Source: a virus
Virus record (IMG/VR): IMGVR_UViG_3300036945_001058
DNA length: 51,796 nucleotides
Strand: one strand, 5' to 3'
The notes under the pieces were generated by a model. It saw only the letters and a list, made by a program, of their open reading frames with translations, had not been told where the DNA came from and did not search any database. How positions within the stretch are numbered: the first letter of the stretch is position 1; each line of letters begins with the position of its first letter. Both the position numbers and the translations under genes were made by a program. This document shows positions 46,501 to 51,796 of this stretch, piece after piece.

Positions 46501-48231
46501 AACGAGTGGTTTCCGAATTTGATTTCTGATAGCTTTTTTGAAACTCAAAAAAAACCTTTATTAACTAATTTAGGCGGAACTAAAATCAGAATTGTTGATT
46601 CAGAAATGTTAAGAAAAGTTCTGAAAAGAGCCGTAGAACTTGGGTGGGATGAGAAAGATTACGAAAACATTGAGCAAGCTCCATTTATATACTTTTATTC
46701 AGACAAATCGGTAGCTAATAGTTTTTCGAAGACTATTTTTGAAGAAAGTGTTTTTAAAGAAATATTTGCCGATGATTTATTTGAGAGTGCGAATCAAACA
46801 AATGGCTTAAAAAAAGAAAGAGTAAATACCATTACGGCTAAAAACGGAGACAATAGAGGTACTTTTTACGATATACATCAATTAAAAACTTTTTTAGAAA
46901 GTATTGCTGATGATAATAAAGATTCTCTTGTGAAAGGTAGTGGTAGTAATATGAAATTTTATTTAGCTATAAATGACCGTGTGCAAAAATATGATTTTAT
47001 CATTAACATAGGAAACGATGTTTCTTGTTCAACTTGTTATGACGTTCTTACCGATGGTATAGAAAAAATAAAAGAAATTATTTTAGCTTGGGATGAAGAT
47101 AAAAAATGGGATTGGTCAAGTTTTTTTACAGATGGAAGAAAAACCTCAAACCCTGTCGAACCAAAAAACGATAATAATAAAAAAATCACAGATTTAAAAG
47201 AAGCAGTTAATGAATTAGAGGGATTTGCATCTAAAGCGTCTAAAAAATACAACACCACAAATTACGAAGATAATTTACAGTTGTTAAAAGAGGTAAAAGA
47301 AGAATATTCTCTTGCGTTGAGTTTTACTCCTGAAAGTTCTTTTATGTATGAGAGGATTGAATTGATGAAGAAAATAAGCGATATTCAAAAAGAAATAACA
47401 CAAATCACAGAATTAAAAAACGGTGGTGCTTATTATATTTTAGCTAAGGTTCTTGACAGATTGGAAAAAGGCGAAAATTGGAAAGAATTAGGTGTAGGCG
47501 AAATAATGATAAATGAAGTTCCTGAAGATGAAATAGAATCTGTTATTTATACTGAAAAACTAAAAAATTGGTTTGGGGATTGGGAACAAGCCTTAATTAC
47601 CAAAGAATATGATTACGTTAGTAAAGCATTAACCGAAAGTGGAAAACCTTGTGTTATGTATCATGGAGCTAAACGTATAAAATTCTCTTATAGACAAGTT
47701 AGTAACGGCGTTGTTTACTTGGCTGAAAACAGAAGTTATGCAGAATGGTTTAGTGCAAACGAAAGCCCTTTTCAAAAACAAGGTGATTATTTGACTCAAT
47801 GTTTTGTCAATATTAAAAACCCAATTGATTTAACTGTTTTTGGAGTAAAAGAAGTTGATTTGCGGGATATTATTCAGTTCATAGATGCTGTTTATCCACT
47901 TGCTAAAATATATGACGTATTGCCACCAAATACAGCTATGGCAATTATGAATAATCAGTTAATTGGAAGGAATTTTAGAGCTTGGTATATTATTAGACAA
48001 TTTCCTGAATTAAATAAACACATTAGAGATAACACAAATTATGACGGTTTTATTTATTATGAAAATAACCCATCGGATATGATTATAAATAATGTTACTG
48101 GGGAAATGGAAGAAAACGTAACTAAAGCAACCGCAGTGTTTAACTCGAATCAAGTTAAATTAGTTGATGCTATGTTATTTAATTCATCTTTGGATGATTG
48201 GAGATTTGAACAAGGAGGAAACGTTAATTAA
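43501..48231 (+). CDS. Large polyvalent protein: ParB-like domain, three internal repeats, C-terminal ART-PolyVal-like domain
   Basis: GRLHKDGG N-module; LIDGNHR; three TK...(A/V)(F/V)E(L/M)GW repeats; KNWFGDW..SK..GKP.VMYHG..FVNIKNP..YDG..NQVK. Confidence 0.75.
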   Translation: MKQKEEFITEEKVINTPAGGVLIGKDKEGQTIIPNDGSLGGFLIGRLHKDGGIKAINKGTGQPLEMQSNEIVITAPAVADTTKHNFNGQMMTNREILSKINSDGGGVSFADGGDIPAKIHTTDKEYEYGGKMVHDSDIANSLGMNSTLKKGKQHFSSGGKNYDVDAIYNAIKKGKIKYKTKEVPTFAMKYPVYDKQYSETVKTDFRKPNGITVRTENGEEVLIDGNHRMNNAYLKGKKTMKTYYIEDPKQIAKFTKNSKFEIAFENGGKFDANPFLNYYFEDIKDFFKYQNNIVLKTDFTFFYRGENFTIEPIILFEDQKEESVQTAIFTIIDQDDEEVGEIKFDANSKEKKKFEAYSDFFEWSPIRFEGGGNLKSQHNHSDNLAKDAEKGNTPARDLNNYNDLLDVQADGAVGGDSGIYADGGAVALPKVAYVKISNAGTSLFDLIGSKYYSFKEFAQGIKQAYVALNKTVRSYLVLESFDENDKKLSNTSTYLSNQKNTVKNFNPLTGSYKNLEKSLSNSNPRAFKKEDWQDWFLSKVTQPTVSSTSSNLPLDLSNTKVWIGDNKTLSKEIQEVAFEMGWTWAGCKTVKNTHGDSLYFDKIKSITYNINDRKYFDESDKKEINPQDILLAKKPVITTTSNASTSVKPFDFTDTKIDVSNNSELSLKVQKRAFELGWEWESGGGKTLSYNPINYLYFTKKSILDGFTSTSFLNSPKREITEGDIFGNASVSNKENVESVLVTFAGGQLYNALDEERLFDKIVELWKTGGRSKMSIILAPQGISTSLSEPFNLVLDTIKTSKSSIQPSTLTIKELREYLSKDWYPELEWSSFFKIQVTSTTTSKHPDYYQFSGKNSVFTNGKIYKIQNPEDIEEKGNFIDDNGVKNGFGSRNVNYFTPSTEEAFLAQQSGVATSKVDDGKIESFQIESKDASLSGFQVDNVYQLFKLLETIKKYNSTILFKYKTTKGKQKKFGAYFREESTDYYILKRAGFNIQYLEEKLNEWFPNLISDSFFETQKKPLLTNLGGTKIRIVDSEMLRKVLKRAVELGWDEKDYENIEQAPFIYFYSDKSVANSFSKTIFEESVFKEIFADDLFESANQTNGLKKERVNTITAKNGDNRGTFYDIHQLKTFLESIADDNKDSLVKGSGSNMKFYLAINDRVQKYDFIINIGNDVSCSTCYDVLTDGIEKIKEIILAWDEDKKWDWSSFFTDGRKTSNPVEPKNDNNKKITDLKEAVNELEGFASKASKKYNTTNYEDNLQLLKEVKEEYSLALSFTPESSFMYERIELMKKISDIQKEITQITELKNGGAYYILAKVLDRLEKGENWKELGVGEIMINEVPEDEIESVIYTEKLKNWFGDWEQALITKEYDYVSKALTESGKPCVMYHGAKRIKFSYRQVSNGVVYLAENRSYAEWFSANESPFQKQGDYLTQCFVNIKNPIDLTVFGVKEVDLRDIIQFIDAVYPLAKIYDVLPPNTAMAIMNNQLIGRNFRAWYIIRQFPELNKHIRDNTNYDGFIYYENNPSDMIINNVTGEMEENVTKATAVFNSNQVKLVDAMLFNSSLDDWRFEQGGNVN

Positions 48232-48239
48232 TAAAAAAA

Positions 48240-49928
48240 ATGGAACAAGAAAAACAATTATTGGCAAGCTTATTATCTTATAACGAAATTCCTTTCGGAG
48301 ATTATAAAAACTATATGACAACCGATAAAGCGGTTGATTTATTCGTTCAGTCAACTCCTAAGCAAGAACTTGATAAAATGTTCGTTTCTGCGGGTTTTCC
48401 AGTACCAAAAGACGAATACGAGGCTTCAAGAATTTTTCAAGGAATTTACAATAAAATATCTACTGTTGATGAAACTTCTTTTTCTGGAAGTTACAGACAG
48501 GAAAAAGAACAGGAGCAATTAGAAAATATTTTAGCTTCTTTAGAAGACAATGAGAATCCTATTAATATTGGTGGTGATGGGGATATGGAAATGCCAAATA
48601 ATACCAATAACTTTTCTGATATTTTAAGAAAAATAGAAAGTGATTTAGCTTCAGGTCAAGGCGAAGATGGTCAAGGCGAAGATGGTCAAGGCGAAGACGG
48701 TCAAGGCAAAGGCAAAGGTCAAGGCAAAGGTCAAGGCGAGGGCGAAGACGGTCAGGGCAAAGACGGTCAAGGCGAAGACGGTCAAGGCAAAGGTCAAGGC
48801 GAGGGCGAAGACGGTCAGGGCGAGGGCGAAGACGGTCAAGGCAAAGGTCAAGGCGAGGGCGAAGACGGTCAAGGCAAAGGTCAAGGCGAGGGCGAAGACG
48901 GTCAGGGCAAAGACGGTCAAGGCGAAGACGGTCAAGGCAAAGGTCAAGGCGAGGGCGAAGACGGTCAGGGCAAAGACGGTCAGGGCAAAGACGGTCAAGG
49001 CGAAGACGGTCAAGGCGAAGACGGTCAAGGCAAAGGTAAAGGTCAGGGCGAGGGCGAAGACGGTCAAGGCAAAGATGGTCAAGGCGAAGACGGTCAAGGC
49101 GAGGGCGAAGATGGTCAAGGCGAAGGTCAAGGCGAAGGTCAAGGCGAAGATGATGGACAAGGAGACCAAAATCAACAACAAAATCAACAACAAAAACAAC
49201 AACAACAACAAAAACAACAACAAAAACAACAACAGCAACGTGAAAACGATTTAGAAAGAGAAATAATGTTGTGCGCAGAGGGTATTGATGAAAGAAAAAT
49301 TATGTTGAGCGCAATTGAATCAAATTCTAATAAAGATGCGTCCGATTTAATTGTTGTTGAAGATTTAAACAATCAAATTAAAGATTTAGAAAATCAAATT
49401 TACGTTATGATGGGTGCTTTAGATAGTTCGGAAGTACTTCAAGTAAACGACCAACAACAATATTTACTGCCTTTGTATTTGAATTCAGATGTCGAAAAAA
49501 AAATAGCAGATTTGAAGTTAGAAATAGCTAAAAAATCCAATGAAATAACTAATCCATACTTAAACGAAGTACAGGATAAGAAAAGACGAAACAAAATAAT
49601 TACCGATGTAGTATTAACTAACTTAAAATATTATACTTACCATAAATTAAATAACGAAAATAAATTGTTAGATTTGTATCTTACAAAGAAAGATTTAAAA
49701 GAAGTTGTAGTTAATTTTGGAAAAGATAAAAATCCAAGAAGAATTATTTTAAGTACTAATGTTGCAGGAGCAGATGATTTGGTTATTGATGATGAAACAA
49801 AAATAGATAGTTTGGTGTATCAATTAAACGTGATTGAGAAAAATATAGAAACGATTAATAAGCAAAAAAATATTGACCTTATTTTTACTGAAATTAAAAA
49901 CGAATTAATAAATAAATTTATTATATAA
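48240..49928 (+). CDS. Protein with long G/E/D/Q/K low-complexity linker and poly-Q
   Basis: (GEDGQ/GKGQ)n then Q-run; TAATG-coupled to the AAA+ gene. Confidence 0.75.
   Translation: MEQEKQLLASLLSYNEIPFGDYKNYMTTDKAVDLFVQSTPKQELDKMFVSAGFPVPKDEYEASRIFQGIYNKISTVDETSFSGSYRQEKEQEQLENILASLEDNENPINIGGDGDMEMPNNTNNFSDILRKIESDLASGQGEDGQGEDGQGEDGQGKGKGQGKGQGEGEDGQGKDGQGEDGQGKGQGEGEDGQGEGEDGQGKGQGEGEDGQGKGQGEGEDGQGKDGQGEDGQGKGQGEGEDGQGKDGQGKDGQGEDGQGEDGQGKGKGQGEGEDGQGKDGQGEDGQGEGEDGQGEGQGEGQGEDDGQGDQNQQQNQQQKQQQQQKQQQKQQQQRENDLEREIMLCAEGIDERKIMLSAIESNSNKDASDLIVVEDLNNQIKDLENQIYVMMGALDSSEVLQVNDQQQYLLPLYLNSDVEKKIADLKLEIAKKSNEITNPYLNEVQDKKRRNKIITDVVLTNLKYYTYHKLNNENKLLDLYLTKKDLKEVVVNFGKDKNPRRIILSTNVAGADDLVIDDETKIDSLVYQLNVIEKNIETINKQKNIDLIFTEIKNELINKFII
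48652..49238 (+). repeat. Coding tandem repeats
   Basis: GGTCAAGGCGAAGAC / GGTCAAGGCAAA / GGCGAG units followed by (CAA)n-rich tract. Confidence 0.9.
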
Positions 49929-51340
49929 TGGATAATAACACAACTGAAATCGAGAAATACGAAAGGATTATAGCAAACAACCCTACGAATTCTCAAATTG
50001 CTAAAATAGCACAAGAAAAATTAGACCGAATTAAAGAACGAAAAAAAGTAGATGTTGACAAAGACTTTTCTGGTGTTGTGCAGTCGATTAATAGTTTAAT
50101 TGAAAAGGTTTACAATAGCAACTCTAGTTTATCAAACATAGAAATTGATAACGCAATTAACGAAAGGTTAAAAAAGATGAAGATTAATGAAAAAAATCTT
50201 TCTCCTGAACTTAAAAAGCTAATTGGCGAAACCAAAACTATTGAGGTAAAAGTAAACAATGTAAAAACTTTTAGCGGAAAAACAGGCGAAGATAGAAGAT
50301 TAATTGATGTTTTGTTATCTGATTACGAAGCCCAAAATAACGTGTATTTATATGGTGAGGCAGGAACTGGAAAATCGTTTGTAGCTGGTATAATTGCAGA
50401 CAGAATTAATTATAAACTAATTACTTTGAACTGTAACCAATATACATCTCCGTTAGATATTTTAGGAGGTCAAACTATTGATGGTTATCAAGAAGGCAGG
50501 TTAACTGAAGCTTGGGGTAATATTGATTTAGGTCTAAATGCCAAAAACCAACCTTACGATGGAGCTTTACTTCTTTTGGATGAGTTGCCTAAAATCGACC
50601 CTAACACAGCAGGTTTGCTGAATGACGCTTTAGCAAAAATTAAAGATGCAGTTAAAGTTGTTCAATTGGCTAATGGAACTAAAATAGAAGTTCAGCCTGC
50701 AATTTTAAATGGTAAAGGTCAAAAAATTTCAAGAGCAAAAATTTTCATAATTGCAAACGGTAACTCTTTGCTTAATGAAGCTAATAAAGACTACGAAGCG
50801 AATTTCAAGCAAGATTTATCTTTACAAGACCGTTTCGCAGGAAGTTGTTATAGGATTACATATAACTATAAATTTGAGTATGATAAAATAATGACTAAAA
50901 TATCATCAGAAAGCTTCCCTGATGGAATTGTGATTGATATGACTTTTGCTTTTAACTTCTTATCGCAATTGCGCCAGAAAATTGTAGAGAATAAATTAAC
51001 TGGTATTGCTTTTATCTCTACACGGTTAATGATTGTATCAAGAGACACGTTTATTGCTTTTCTTGTGAATAGAGAAGAGAATCCAAACAAAATACCGAGA
51101 CCTAAAAGATTAAGCGAAGTTGTTAAGTCATTCTTAAGCTTATTTTCACAACAACAAAAAGAAGTTTTAGAACAAGAATTAGCTGGTGAGTTTAAGTTGT
51201 TTTACGATACTTGTGATGTAAAAGAGATAACTCCATTAAATTTATTAGGTGTTGCTACGGATGAAGAAAGAGAAACTGCTAAACTTATAATAGAAGATGC
51301 AGAAACTAAGTATGCACTGAATAATGCAATTCCTTTATAG
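49928..51340 (+). CDS. MoxR/CbbQ/CobS-type AAA+ ATPase
   Basis: Walker A GEAGTGKS, Walker B LLLLDE, LNDAL, ANGN, QDLSLQDRF, ISTR. Confidence 0.88.
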   Translation: MDNNTTEIEKYERIIANNPTNSQIAKIAQEKLDRIKERKKVDVDKDFSGVVQSINSLIEKVYNSNSSLSNIEIDNAINERLKKMKINEKNLSPELKKLIGETKTIEVKVNNVKTFSGKTGEDRRLIDVLLSDYEAQNNVYLYGEAGTGKSFVAGIIADRINYKLITLNCNQYTSPLDILGGQTIDGYQEGRLTEAWGNIDLGLNAKNQPYDGALLLLDELPKIDPNTAGLLNDALAKIKDAVKVVQLANGTKIEVQPAILNGKGQKISRAKIFIIANGNSLLNEANKDYEANFKQDLSLQDRFAGSCYRITYNYKFEYDKIMTKISSESFPDGIVIDMTFAFNFLSQLRQKIVENKLTGIAFISTRLMIVSRDTFIAFLVNREENPNKIPRPKRLSEVVKSFLSLFSQQQKEVLEQELAGEFKLFYDTCDVKEITPLNLLGVATDEERETAKLIIEDAETKYALNNAIPL

Positions 51341-51342
51341 AA

Positions 51343-51796
51343 ATGATGAACCAAAGTCTTGCAAATAAATTAGAGTTTTACTTCTACAATTCCCAAAGAG
51401 ACTTGCTAAAAGAAGTAGAGGACTATTGGTTGAATAATCCTTCGGAAGTTAGAAGGATAAATAAGGTTTCTACTTCAGACAATGATATTAAGAGTAATCC
51501 TACTTTTTATGGATATGATGAAGGGAGTAGCAAAACACTTGAAGAACAGTTCTCTTATGATGAGATTAAAGTTTTTAGTGATATGCCTTTATTGGAAAGT
51601 GCTTTAAATAGCTTTTCGGATATTAGAAAAAATTTAGACTTAGGTGGAGATTTTGATTCAGCCAAAATGAAATTTACATCCTTACCAAAAGGGGTTTTTA
51701 ATTTTGGCGTTGCTTCAAAAGGATTGTATAGAAAAGTAGAGTATTTTGATGAAAATCACGGTATAGTTATCGACAGCGATATTGTTTTACAAAGTG
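51343..51796 (+). CDS. Partial ORF running off the window, candidate vWA-type partner of the AAA+ ATPase
   Basis: Open frame MMNQSLANKLEF... to the end; partner role inferred from position only. Confidence 0.55.
   Translation, partial: MMNQSLANKLEFYFYNSQRDLLKEVEDYWLNNPSEVRRINKVSTSDNDIKSNPTFYGYDEGSSKTLEEQFSYDEIKVFSDMPLLESALNSFSDIRKNLDLGGDFDSAKMKFTSLPKGVFNFGVASKGLYRKVEYFDENHGIVIDSDIVLQS

Noticed and set aside
48651-49254. ORFs 48651-49238 (-) and 48667-49254 (+; histone-like KAK repeats)
   Set aside because: Alternative-frame read-through of the stop-free GEDGQ tandem repeat in 48240-49928.
329-51090. Minus-strand and nested ORFs in the track (e.g. 329, 6432, 7853, 11108, 12266, 37028, 42041, 43299, 43564)
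   Set aside because: Shadows of + strand genes or read-through of hairpin sites; no motifs or supporting expression signals.
1-51796. Integron integrase or other recombinase for the array; TnpA for the IS
   Set aside because: No ORF shows tyrosine recombinase (R-H-x-x-R-Y), serine recombinase or HUH/Y1 motifs that I can recognise; they must be elsewhere or absent.
1-51796. Stop-codon reassignment; tRNA or rRNA genes
   Set aside because: Long genes are intact in the standard code and TAA, TAG and TGA all end recognisable ORFs; no cloverleaf or rRNA-like segments seen by eye.

Overview
AT-rich segment with almost all genes on the + strand, most likely from a large Bacteroidota (Flavobacterium-like) phage. 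It has TAnnTTTG promoters, A-rich leaders without Shine-Dalgarno sites and phage-type accessory and replication genes; no capsid, terminase or integrase gene is recognisable in the window. The main finding is an integron-like gene-cassette array at ~0.4-12.6 kb. Genes are separated by 119-130 bp or 71 bp TAAC...GTTA hairpin sites, and each cassette is bracketed by its own 13-15 bp inverted repeat with a recurring G.T mismatch. Several genes take their start codon from the upstream hairpin and the array decays towards its 5' end, which suggests polarity opposite to classical integrons. Cargo includes an RNA ligase, a protein phosphatase, an RNAP alpha-CTD-like protein and a C5 DNA methyltransferase. 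Downstream are a helicase/exonuclease/replication block, a glycosylation cluster, a Tad1 anti-Thoeris homologue and an outer-membrane beta-barrel. Two apparently identical TnpB-only IS elements follow, one replacing the core of an HNH homing endonuclease. They bracket a zeta-toxin-like kinase and three ART-PolyVal-like paralogues that share a C-terminal tag. The window ends with a 1576-aa polyvalent protein punctuated by [YF]xxGG motifs and a MoxR-type AAA+ module. All family calls are by-eye motif recognition, not database searches.
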